From assembly GCA_973851085.1 (NCBI GenBank), contig OZ316776.1, forward strand, positions 2,294,001 through 2,358,000: a DNA stretch of 64,000 bases. Reading direction: 5' to 3'. Source of the stretch: Ptychomitrium polyphyllum (lineage: Eukaryota). Each line of letters starts with the position of its first letter. Positions within the stretch are counted from its first letter, which is position 1. A program made the translations under genes and the position numbers. Under the pieces are notes generated by a model, which did no database searches, was not told the origin of the DNA, and worked only from the letters and a program-made list of their open reading frames with translations. Below, piece after piece: positions 15,761 to 28,321 of the stretch.

Positions 15761-18044
15761 ATGTCGATGCTGGTGAATTGTGGAGGGTGTCGGACAGCGC
15801 TTGTGCTACCACCTGGAGCGCGGTCTATTCAATGCGCGATTTGCCGGCATGTCACGCCTATCGCGTTTGAACGTACAACCTCTGCACAACTTACAGCTCC
15901 ACAAATACCTCATCCTTATTCAAATACTTCGCAGGGTCCTCAGTATACACCAACGGTACGCCTCTCTTAGGAACGCTGATTTCTGCTCACTCTCGTATTC
16001 TGTGTTTTTCTCATGTGGGCGTTATTAGCGCTTTTTTTAAAGAAATTCTGAATGTATATTGAGATATTATTGGTCCGTTTTAAATTAAATGTGTGCCACT
16101 TGTGTGCAAATAGACTCCAAATGTACATGGCTCGAAAAAGGCTGTTCTATGTGGTATCAATTATATGTACTCACGTCACCAGCTAAAGGGATGCATCAAC
16201 GATTCAAAATGTATGAAGCATTTGCTGACCACAAAGTTTGGCTACCCTGAAGCATCGATTTTAATGCTCACTGGTAGGTGGTCACATCCAAAATGTTTGA
16301 TATCATGCTTGTCTTATGACTTCCAAGTGTGATCAGAATTCGAAGCCTCAGGTGTTCTTGTCAATTTGTTTTGCAAACAAATAAGCAGAGATGACTATTT
16401 TAGCTCCTCTGATCTTCCTGTACTGATTCAGGTTCTTTTGGAGAGTCATTCGCTGTAGGGTATTTTTCATGTTTATAATGAATGGGGTGAATACTCATTG
16501 GTTTTATGATGGTGGCGGTTGACAGAAGAGCAAACCAATTCATCGATGAAGCCGACACGTTACAACATGCATATGGCTATGGTATGGCTACTGCAAGGCT
16601 GTACTGCTGGTGACTCTCTTGTTTTTCACTACTCAGGTCATGGCTCGCAACAGCGTGACTATTCTGGTGAAGAGCTCGATGGAATGAACGAAACCCTCTG
16701 CCCTGTCGATTTTACAACAGCAGGAATGATCGATGATAATGAAATTAACCAGACTCTTGTCAGACCACTTCCACATGGCGTGCGTCTTCATGCAATTATA
16801 GATGCTTGCCACAGTGGAACTGTTCTTGATTTACCTTGGCTTGTTAAGTTTAACAGGTGAGAGGTCAGATCTGCATGCTCGTCTTCAACTACACTCTTTC
16901 GTTTTCATTTCTTTGAAGCTTCTGATATATGCAGACTGTGCTGCTCCTGGAAGTGTATGGTTGCTAGCGTATTGTAGGGCAAACTGCTGGTTTATGAAAT
17001 TGCACGTTAGTGAAGATATGTATATCCTGCAAGTCTCTGTCTCATATATCCATTAAAGCAAACGGTTACTCCTCAGAATTTGATAAGCGTTCACGTTGGA
17101 TACACTTTTGTAGATATGGGCAGTTTACATGGGAGGATCACCGGCCACGGAGCGGCGTTTGGAAAGGGACCAATGGAGGACTAGCATATGCTTTTAGTGG
17201 TTGTGATGACGATCAAACATCGGCTGACACTTCAGTACTATCCACTCCTTAACTATTTTGCGTTGCCTAATGCTTCATAAGACCCTTTTGCACGCTATAG
17301 TTAGACAATTAATATATCAGTAAGAGTAGACAGCATTGTTTACTTGAAATAATCTTAGTGTTTGAAATAAAAAAATCACCTCAAAATATGGCTAGTTCTG
17401 GTGATATCACAGGCACGTTTCTCTGACTCTTGCTGTTATTTATCCCAGGCATTGTCAAAGGTCACAAATACTGGTGCAATGACCTTCTGTTTCATTCAAG
17501 CAATTGAGCGGGGACATGCACAAACGTATGGTAGTGTGTTGTGCGCCATGCGTGACGCCATCCGATCAACTAACGTGAACTCGGGAATGGGGGCGGGACC
17601 GGTCACAAGCTTGCTGCAAATGTTAGCACAAGGCGGCAGCATGTTGCCAAATAATGGTAGTTTCACGCAGGTACGAAATCTTTTCTTTTAGGAACAAGCC
17701 GTACAATACATAGAGGCTCAAATACTTTAGTGACAAATGCTTTGTTCTCAATACGGCATCTTGAGCATGTTCTTGTTGGGTTTTCCTAATGTTCCATGCC
17801 TTGTCATGCCATTGTTAGAAATTGTTGGTAGTGGGCGATGTTTTAAAGGGAATTATCAAAGAATTCTCATTAAATCTAACCTACTTGTCGTGTTCGGTGC
17901 ACAATATTACTGATTTTCTTACTAGTTTTAAGTCATATTAGTTTCAACTTTGGATACTCACGACATTCTTATCATCATGTCATGCAGGAGCCACAATTGA
18001 CGGCGTCTGCGATGTTCGATATCAATACCCCTTTCTATCTTTAG
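15761..18044 (+). CDS. Type I metacaspase with N-terminal LSD1-type zinc finger; 6 exons
   Basis: Exons 15761-15955, 16114-16273, 16526-16856, 17114-17234, 17449-17670, 17988-18044, all GT-AG with consistent phases. Motifs: CGGCRTALVLPPGARSIQCAIC zinc finger, KKAVLCGINY, LKGCIND, catalytic HYSGHG and DACHSG, SGCDDDQTSADT, GAMTFCFIQAIE, QEPQLTAS. Confidence 0.95.
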
Positions 18045-19929
18045 GGGTAACTTTCAATGTCGGCCGCAGCAGAAGAGGCTTATGCTTGTAACTTCGGCAT
18101 GAGCTGTGTACAGGGTTTGGAGCTTACACCATTTACATGTGGGGTGCTACTTGCGCTACCATGTCAGGATTTGGAAGGTGGACAGGCAGTTGACCATATT
18201 ATGGCAAAAAATGTAGAATACACAGATGTTCACATTTGTAGAACTTATGAGCATGTTGGTCGTTGGTCTCTCAGCCCCATCAATTACCGGGTGAGGTTGA
18301 TTTGACGAGCTTTAGAGGTCGAAGTACCAACCACGTAGTCGAGGTGTTAGTTTTGGGGTCGAATATATGCGACCAAGAGGTGTACTGTTCCAACAAAGTT
18401 TGGTCCTTGAGATTTCTAGTCTCTGCTGAGCTGATATGGGGTATGCTTTCTGTCGGCATTGCATGAGGTTGGAAGGAACTGCGTTGATATGTTTTGATGC
18501 AAAAATGCATATTGTGGTTCCAGAACAAGTGCAGGTACTGAACCTGCCATTGGAGGGTACAAGTGATGTCCAATTGAGTTTTCTGCATGGTGCTGTCAGA
18601 TGAAGGGATCTCATGGCCGGGTTCTCACTTGTGACCAAGGGCTGTGGCCGAACATCTTTGAAGCCTTTGTATGTCCACAAGCCCTGACTAAAAAAATCTC
18701 GAGGTGGTTTATTAGAGGCTTAGGACTTTAAGCCCAGTGTAAGTGGAAAGAGACCATGCACATGACTAAGTCCTTTTTAGAGCTCAAAACCCTCTTAAAA
18801 AACGTGCCTTTGGCGAATACGCATGCAGCTCCAAATTCCGTTGCAGATGAATAGTGACTCGTGAGTATGCTATTGGTTGAATTAGTGCGTTGCAGTACGA
18901 GACGCTAGTGTAGACGATCCAACAAGTTGCAGACTTAATTACCTTCAAGAAATACAAAGGTTTCAAAGTAGACATCTCTGGCTGGGCCATGGCTTCAACA
19001 GAATAGAATATATGTACATGTGCTTCAGCTCCGTCTGTCAGTTCTGAATTAAAATTACAAAATATACTTTTAGCATGTGAAACCTAAAGAAAGAAAGTCT
19101 CTGATCTTCTTCCATAGCACTCTAAAATGATAAAAGGAAATTACTGAGTGCTATAAAGATTTTGACGCAACCTAGTCTTCTATGTACGGATCTTCAAAGT
19201 CTCATGCTATTGAAGATTTGCCACATCTATTGTACGGATCTTCTATTGTAGATTTGCTTAGTTATTATCTCCAACCATCAATCCAAAAAGATACACTAAA
19301 CTTAATATTCAATATCACCAATTCTAAATCCCATACTATTATACTAAATATAAACTTGCCAACTTAGTTTACCAATGCTAAACATCAATAATCTTTTATT
19401 AGAACAATAAGGTATCTATTAGAGTAAGTTATCCAAACACTAACGATGTACAATAGTAAATACTATTTCATTGGTCATCACATTATGTAATCCTATTCAA
19501 AAACCAAATCAGCCACAGACTAACATGTGTAATCCAATGTTCTAAAGGAAGAGAAAATGTCTAAAATACCATGAATCCTCAAATCACGATGCCATTGCCA
19601 AGTGTGCTTACTTACTATTTTCAACAATACAAGTGCACTGTGAGTGAAATCAGTATCACATAGAAGAAGCACGGAGAGGAAAGTTCTAGATGTGGACATT
19701 GGATGATAGAACTACTGTACATGCGTTTGTAAGGATGCTGCTGTGTTGGAGAATGCTGGGCTTCCTGTAGGATTCTGTTTTCCATCTGAGCGTGCCGGGT
19801 GAGAACAGGATGTGTTTGCTGTTTGCATTCCTCGTTACAGGAGAGCCGGCGATGGTGGTCTGTGCGCAAGCGCAAGCACCGAAAGTTACGTGAGAGCCAG
19901 ATGCAGATCAAAGTCGCCTGCGCGCTGAA

Positions 19930-22900
19930 ATGGAGAGCAACGTGTTCGCGTCCTTCTCTTTCTCCGCCGCACGCTCTTCACAGCCCCGGCGCCTCGCCAC
20001 GAACGCAGCCCCCGCCGGAGCCAAGATCATCAAGGTACTACACTCCTGCCCTTCAGTTTTACTCACTGCTTCCAAAGCGGTCCTAAACCCTAGGACGAGC
20101 ATTTCCTCGTTTCCTCATTTGCTCCACGGATACGAAGTGGGCAAGGTGTTTTGGAAGGACAGTCTGGTGCTCGTTGAGTAGTGAGGATGAGATTCAGGAG
20201 TATTCCAACCTTTTGAGGCCGGAGATGTGATTTGGTGTTTTAGGGTTTGGTGCATTGCACTTTGTGCGAATTTTCGTGTTTGCGAATAATCTGGTGGTTT
20301 TCCAAGTAGGAATGAGCATGAGGATCTATACGAATCTTTTGGAGAATGGAGATGTGATTGGGATAGATTTCTATCGATGCGCTCCTTCTAAACCTCCCTG
20401 ATGCGGATTTTGGGTTTGCAGGAGGAGTTAGAAGAGAATGTTACAAATGATGGCATCAAGCCTCAAACCATTGCATCAATTCGTGATTTGTCCGTGGAGT
20501 TTACAGACAAGGTGGGCTGCTGTGCCCATGGTACTAATCGCCCCTTTATTCCTGAATGTCTCATACATTCGCCATTTCTCTGTTGTTAGCGTTCATTATA
20601 CAGAATGTGGAATATGTCTTGGTGAAACCTAGTCCTTTCGATCGACTTGGTTTGATCAAGTTAAGCTACCGTTGGTTTCGTGCATCGGTGACCAATCTGA
20701 TGTTGTGTTCAGCGGAGAAAAATAACAGCTAAGAAGGAAAAATTCTATTCTGGGGCAACTGGTGAAGGATTGTTAGGATTCGTCAAGACGGAAACAAAGT
20801 TGGAGATGGAGGACTCCGGTTAGCGTCTATAAACACGCTTTTCTATTTCGAGTTGGCCAGTATCGAGCTAATATGTTCCGTGAAATAACAGTCGAACTGG
20901 AAGTAGTAATCATGGTGGATTTAGTTTCACAAGCGATGTTAGGATTTGGGCGTTAGGAGACTATAATGTTCCAAGTTGTGGAATTTGAAACCTGTTGATC
21001 GTAATGGTGGTATTGGTGGGACAAATTGCTGTAGTTTAGGGTTTGGGGATACGAGAGAAAAGTAAGTTACTGCAGTCGTGAGCAAAGAACTTGGGAGTTA
21101 TTACAAATATTGGTACAATCAGCATCTGTTTGTAGCACCGGGAAGCAGTGGCGTTATCCATGATTTTAGGTCAGTTAATTTTTGTTTTCAGTGCATTTTT
21201 CAGATCAATTAATTTCTGAGAGCAGTGTGAAAGTTGGATCTTGTCCGAAACTGTTGAATGCGAGGCAATCAAGAAGGAAGGCGGATGGCTTGCCAGAAGT
21301 GTCGGCCCCTGAGAATTGGGAACAAATCGTTAAGGGGATTAGGTATATTACTGGCTGTGCATGGGCTTAGTAGTAGGCATTTTGGTGATAGGTGCTATGG
21401 TTAAGGAAACACAAATCTATGCATTGTTTTAAAGTCCTGGTTCGTCTGCAATACTACACTCCATGCAAAGTTTTTTTCTTTCTGTTGATCCCAACACCTT
21501 ACAACCTTCTCTTTATGTTCACATTCTATGGTTTTCTAACGATTTTTGTTGTGTATACTTGCAGATTCATGCGTATAGACAAGGACGCACCGGTGGATCT
21601 TTTTGGAACTCATCAAGTAAGGCTCACTTCAAATCTGGTTTCACGTTTTTTATTTTGAAATTAAAACCAGTCACTTTTGAATTTTCTCAATATTTCTGCA
21701 TATTGAGTCGCTTGAAATGTTTTGCAGCTACTTGATGTAGAAGCCAACAAAGAAACTCAACAGTTCCAGGCGCTTGTGGCAGCCATGATCAGTTCGCAAA
21801 CTCGCGATGCTGTTACTGGAGCTGCTATGCAACGACTGCGTGCCATGCCTGGAGGACTCAATATTTCTCAGATCGCAAGTGACGCTATTGAAGTGGATGC
21901 ATTGGCAGAGATTTTGAGGCCTGTTGGATTTTATAGGTTTTTCCTTACATTCTGTCCAAATAGTCCTTTCCAACTCGAAGAATGTGAATTGAATAGATTG
22001 ATGTTCTGATTAGAGGCCGTAGAACTTAAGCTGCCTCTTTAAGTTCTGCACCTTAGAAAGAAGTTTCTGTGGGCACGTTCTACTACAGTTAGAAATATCC
22101 CTGACTTGGATACTGATATACATGCTTGAAGTATTATGTACACCCAGGCAGAAGGCAAAGTTCATGAAGTCCATCGCGCAAACACTTTCAGCACCTCCGC
22201 ACAATGGAGCAGTTCCAAGTTCTCTAGAGGAACTTGTACGAACTTCCTTTTACCTTGTTCTATCCTAAACTCATTCTTCTGGTTGTGGAATAAATCTCGT
22301 TGAGGTGTCTCTTACCACTTTAATTATAATTCATCTGTGTTATGAGGCAGTTGCGTCATCATGAGGACTAATCCAAGATTGAATCACAGATGAAGCTGCC
22401 TGGAGTGGGACCAAAAGTTGCTCTGTTGGTTCTGTGGGTCGCCTTTGGCATGTGAGTATGCAACCACGCCCATGCTGTTAACCTCTCCGTCAGTTGTCTA
22501 TCCGTAGCATGCACATGCGCGTATTATGCTGGATTCCTTTGTCATCATCAATAATCAAGTAATAGTATAATTGATGTCAACATTATGATGCTGTGTGGCC
22601 TTTGAGATGTAACGCAGGGGTGAAGAGGGTTTAATCGTTGACACGAATATCAGAAGAATTTGCTCTCGACTTGGGTGGGTACCAACGAATGCTACTCCAG
22701 AACTAACACGGCGAACACTGGAGTCATGGTTGCCATGTGCCTTGTGGGCAGATATCAGTTTTCTGTTTGTTGGATTTGGGCAGCAGGTGAGTATCCCATT
22801 TCTGTATACTCTACTCATCTTTAAAATTAGTCTGAAGTTGCGTTGTTTGCAGAAGCAAATCAACGAGGTTGTTACTGACCAGTTATATCAGAGACGTTTG

Positions 22901-23046
22901 ACTCAAACTGACTTGAGGACATTGCATTACCGCTGCTGCAGATTTGCAAACCAATGGCTCCAAAGTGTGAGAGCTGTAAAGTAAGCCAATTATGTCCATC
23001 TGCGTTCAAACCAAGCCCTAAAAAACCAACTCGGAAGCCCAAGTGA
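19930..23046 (+). CDS. NTH: Endonuclease III (NTH)-like HhH-GPD DNA glycosylase/AP lyase with 4Fe-4S cluster; 10 exons
   Basis: Exons 19930-20034, 20422-20511, 20713-20818, 21192(or 21204)-21342, 21565-21616, 21728-21936, 22148-22235, 22390-22451, 22618-22786, 22942-23046. Motifs: PENWEQIVKGIR, APVD, FQALVAAMISSQTRD, PVGFYRQKAK, HhH LPGVGPKVA, IVDTNIRRI, VGFGQQIC, C-X6-C-X2-C-X5-C. N-terminus is Ser/Ala/Arg-rich (possible transit peptide). The first three exons are less certain. Confidence 0.9.
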
Positions 23047-24039
23047 CCATTGTAAAGGCTGTCTCCTCTCAATCACGCTTTATTGCGGTGCCTAAACACA
23101 CTCCTGGCTCCAGTCTTTAATGACACCAAGTATCATCTGGTCAAAGTGCTGTCTGACTGCTCGGGCATCCTTCATGGAAGCGTTGTAGAGCAAGGGCAAC
23201 AGGGAAGAATGTTCGCAAGCATTTAACGACACCAACCCCTCGATCTACTATATCAGTACAGCTGTTGTGAATCATGAGAACTACTTTGATTTCAACATGG
23301 TGGGTTCACATGACGAGCCGATCACATGCATGGAGAATAACCAGTTATTTGTATCGATATCAAAAGTCCCTGTCATAGTGTCATTCGTTGACGTGGTGTG
23401 ATATATGGTGTCCTTCACAAAGACTGCAACTTTGCAGACTTGCAGTTAACGAGGCATGTATGCATGATATGCAGAAATAGATGGGCTTGCGAATTTACTC
23501 TCGCATTGTCCAATTTTTGACTTCTAGATACCTTACAAATGCTTTACTTGGGAACGGTGCCGTCAGTCATTTAGGGAACACAACAACGGATATAGATTTT
23601 CCCATTGTGAAAGTAGTTCCGAGTAAATATGATTGGTGCAATGCTGCCATGATTGGGATAATCCGTGGTATATCACCTGTTCCACTAAGGCTACAATAGT
23701 TTCCTGACACTGGTTGATCATTAAGTTGTAACTTAGGATCATTCATGTCTTGTATGATGGAATCAAGTAATCACCGTCATGCTAAATTTGGCAATATCTA
23801 GCAGACACTGTTTTGAACACATGAAACACCGTATGCATTTTCACTGTTATAGTTACATTTTGAGAAAATGGTTTTTCTTGGAAAGCTTTATCGTAACATT
23901 CTATAGTTGGATGACCTTCTTCAAGTGTGAAACTTCGTGTAGGACTTTGTATAGAGTCTTAAGTAGAGTACGATATCTATCAGATGTTGTAGTAGTGGTG
24001 CAGATCATGTGCTAAAGAATGTTATGGTGAGCCCAGGTT

Positions 24040-24110
24040 TCTAGATGGTCGTTATCTATATGCTTGTTATCTAGATGGTTGTTATCTAGATGGTTGATAT
24101 TTTATATGGT
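24040..24110. repeat. 15-bp tandem repeat (about 4.5 degenerate copies, consensus TCTAGATGGTTGTTA)
   Basis: tctagatggtcgtta tctatatgcttgtta tctagatggttgtta tctagatggttgata..., read directly. Confidence 0.85.
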
Positions 24111-24498
24111 CACAGCCCATAACTTTACAATTAGAAAATATACCTAACTGCCCTGCCTACAAAGCAAAGCTAAAGAGTGAAAGCAGCGTGATTGACTACG
24201 CACACCAAACTGATTTGGTGAACGACGCACCTACACAGATAAGCATCCCTTAAAAAGCAGCACACTGATTATTGCCATTACTAAAGGGAACCAGTATTAG
24301 TTTCAGTAGAAGCTCTTCAAATAAACGCGAGTATATAATAATATAATATTACTTTAAAAATAAAATAATGATACCTCTCAAAGTTTGCCAAATATGATGA
24401 TTAAAACATCCTCTTTTATTTCTCACACTAATTTTGGTATCAAAGTATTAGTAGAGGCCACACTATACCTACACCATCACAATTACTGTCCACAGTGT

Positions 24499-24546
24499 AA
24501 CTCATACTTTTTTTGGAACTCATACTTTTTTTGGAACTCATACTTC
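24499..24546. repeat. 18-bp tandem repeat (about 2.6 copies, AACTCATACTTTTTTTGG)
   Basis: Read directly from the sequence. Confidence 0.85.
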
Positions 24547-26094
24547 GTTGTGATTCCAAGTTAAGATAGAATAAGGCTTTTAGAAGTGCTGTGACTCTCA
24601 GGAACGGCAATTTATGCATATAGCTTACTTTGTAAGCAACACAGCTGAAGGGTGAAAGCTTGATTGACAAAACACACCAAACTTGTTGTGTGAACTTTAA
24701 ATGATATCTTTGTTGTACAATAGGCATCAATTACTTTCAGGCCACAAGTCAATTCTAAGTGCTTATATCCTGCTCTAGAGTTCACCTAACCATCATTGTT
24801 GCACACTAGGCTTACAAACTCTACTATACAGTGATTGTAAATGAACTGCCCTTTGTAAGAGTAAAATCTACATTTTCCTCAAAGGAGATTTCTAGATAAT
24901 ATTTTTTTAATGTTCTGTTACAATATGATGATGCATGACTCTGCTTGACGATATTGAAGGGTTGTGTATGAAAATCATTTTTGGAAGTACGATGTTTATT
25001 AAAAGTCATAATTAAAACATACATAAGTGTTTAAATAATAAATATCACAAAATCTAGAAGATCTGGAAATTTTAATTTAATCAAACCTATTAATATAACA
25101 AAAGTAGTATAATTTAAAACAATAGCCCTGTGAGAATTATTTTAAAGGAATACATATTAAAACAAATTTTTTAGTTTTATGATTCACTCATTGAAATGGA
25201 ATCAAGGATGATGTGCTTTTTATTTAAAAAACATGTTTATATGAACTTTAAAAAATAATCTAGTATGAATTTGTAGTTTGAATCTTCATTCAATAAGTTT
25301 TTATTTATAATGAAATATCAAATAATAGGAAAGTTTTGACTAACAATTAGGATTAAAAAAACTTGGTTTTAAAAAATAAATTATTTAATATATAACTTGT
25401 GGTTGTGATTGTTAACAATAGGACCCTGTTTTTTACTTAATTTATGAACTAATACTTATCCATGAAGTGCATATAATTTGTAACTTAGTTCATGATACTA
25501 TTAATTAAGTTTTTATATACTCTCTTCACGAGTTGTCTATAAATATTTTGCAAGAGTGAAACACAGGTTGATGGCTTTATCATATTTTTATTTTTAAAAA
25601 CATCATAATGTTCTTCAACATGTTCTTTCAAATAGCAGTAGATAACATTAAATTATAAAAGAAAAAAGAATACAACATGGTGCACATGGGTGATAAGAAA
25701 AAGTTGTTTTAGAACTGCAAACAACAATAGATGTTTATTATTAATAAATTTTTTATAAGGAACATAGTAATTTTAAAGATTTTGATTTACAATTATTTGT
25801 TTCTTTTATACCTTCCAAATGCATTCCAAAACAATAAAGATATAATTTGAGTGAATTTTTTAATTTTTAATTTTAATTTTTTTCTATTCTTTAATGGAAT
25901 TATTCTTCTCTAGAGATAGTATTTGATTTTTTTGCCTTAATGAGATTTTTTCGCCATAATTTCCTTTTATAAGATATTGATATAAAATAATGGGGTGCAA
26001 TTTATGCAAATATTTGTAAGCAATGACTTAATATTGCAAAAATAGATTTTAGAATGAAACTTATTTATGCACAGTCATAGGAATTGAACACATT

Positions 26095-26194
26095 NNNNNN
26101 NNNNNNNNNNNNNNNNNNNNNNNNNNNNNNNNNNNNNNNNNNNNNNNNNNNNNNNNNNNNNNNNNNNNNNNNNNNNNNNNNNNNNNNNNNNNNN
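26095..26194. other. Assembly gap (100 N)
   Basis: Run of exactly 100 N, typical of a scaffold join of unknown size; adjacency across it is not proven. Confidence 0.99.
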
Positions 26195-27299
26195 GTATCC
26201 TAGTTTCAATTATTTATGGAAAGTGAGAGGAATGAAACAAAAGAATATTTTATTCATGGAATTTTTTTTAAAATCAAAATAATTTTTTGATTTTTTTTTT
26301 GAATTCTTTTCTTAAGTAACTTCAAAAGCCTCCATCCAATCTAAACTATGTCTCACATATGTGGTTCTTAAACCAATATATCTTCAATATTGTCATAAAT
26401 TAAGTGCATATTTTTGTCTCCAAAGTTGATGAAGTATGTACTATATGCATGCTTCTCATTGGCTACATTGAATATCTTTTTAAATCCAAGATATGAAATT
26501 TAATTTTCTAAGACTACAAAATTTACCACAAAATATAACCACCTTAAAATAATTTGTATAGCTTTGATTAAAAAATTTGAAATGGTGCATTTTTCTTTTG
26601 TTGAATTTGAATTAAGTTTTGTTCATTAGTCTTATGCTTATATTTTATAGTTTGTTCTTCATTTAAATCTAATAAAGTTTTCCAAATCATGTGAAATTTT
26701 GCAAAAGGTTGCTCTTCATTTGCCATTTTTAACAATGTTTGTTACAAAATGAATTCCAAATTAAAAAAAAATTATATGTTTATATTTTTTGGTGTGAAGA
26801 CCATTAAATTTTACCCCTAAATGCTTGAAGGGACACAATTAAAATCCTAAAATGATTTATAATATGTGGTTTCTACACCTTTGATGAAGTTCAAAGGAAA
26901 GGACAAAATGGAAGAAACAATGTGTACAAATCATCTATGTAGTCTAACTTTCAAAATTGATTTTGGTTTGTGTATAATGGAGTTAAAAGAGTTTAATTCA
27001 AAAAATTGTTTAAAGTTACACTTTTCAATTTTAATACTTTCATTTTAAAATGATTGAAAAAGAAGAAGCTATAATGTTATAAATAATAAAAGAAACCTTA
27101 TGAATGAAAAAATCTATGATTATTTCCCAAAATAATAACACTAGGGCAATGTTAAGATGTTCTACTTTGGAGATTCCTTCCAGAGGGATTTAAGTCCAGT
27201 TCACAGGATTGCAATTGAGACTAGAGCTGATTTCATATCAGTATATATGATTAATTTTCAAAACCGGGAGCCACCATAAAATGGTCACTAATTTGTTAA

Positions 27300-28297
27300 T
27301 TGGTTGAGTGAATCAGGTCAAAGGCTCACCCACCAAACTGCCTCCCCACTGCCCGGGCCCCACCACCAACGCAGGATTGAAAAGAAAGGAATCTTAGAAG
27401 AACCAATGGAATCCGCTCCCGAAACGCAGGCAACCGGAAAGACTTGCAAACACTCGAAAGCACCAATGTACTCAAAGAACAAACTGGCTCGTCACTCAGT
27501 CGAAATCAGTGAACTAAACCTCCCTAAACCCCTGAGTGTACATAATTAGTCACTCTAAACGCCACCGCCCGTGAACGTCAGGGAGGCTCGGATGCACAGC
27601 CGCAACCCCGCCACGGCTGCGGCGCGGCATCGGCGGCCGTCCACTCCAAGAGCGGCCGACGCACACTCCTGCCCTGGGGGTGGGCTTGGGCGGCCGCGGG
27701 TGTCGACGAGACGGGCCCGGCCAGCCCCCGCCCCCAGGATCTCGATCGGAACCCCCGGCCTCTGTGTGAACCCGTCTGCTGGAGCCTCGGCCGATGCGGG
27801 CCCGGTGGTAGGGGAACCTCGCTAGGTTCGGGGGTCCCTATACTGGCTCGACTGAGGGTGCGGGGGAGGCTTGGGAGAGGGTTGGTGGTAGGTTCGAGTT
27901 GCGGAGATGGCTTTGAGGCTGTAATGGGGAGCGTCTGGCGAGGAGGGCCCGGTTCTCAGGGTTTCGTCGAAAGCCATACCAGGCTTGCGGTCGCAAGGAG
28001 TTTCCATGGTGGTGATATGATGTGGTGAGCATCACGGACAGGTAGAGCTAGATTTGCTAGGGTGAGCGCGCGCGGCGGCGTCGGATTTCGTTCAGAGACG
28101 GCGGAGACCGAGGGAGAGGCGAGAGAGCGCGACAGAGAGAAGATAGCGAGAGAGAGGGGATTTTGTCGAGGGTTTGGGTGAGGGTTGCGTGCCGGGAGAG
28201 GGTGTTGGCGGTGTGAAGTGGAGGATAGGAGAGGGCGAAAAGGCGAGAGGGGAGAGGAGTCGAGAAGCGGAGATAGAAGAGTACAAGCGGTTAGGGT
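27300..28297 (+). promoter_or_regulatory. GC-rich promoter and 5' UTR island of the RING gene
   Basis: Very GC/CpG-rich, repeated GGGCCC(GG) motifs (about 27355, 27713, 27798, 27944) and a GA-rich tract at 28110-28160, directly upstream of the first coding exon. Confidence 0.6.
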
Positions 28298-28321
28298 ATG
28301 GTGGTGGAATGTGGTTTTAAC

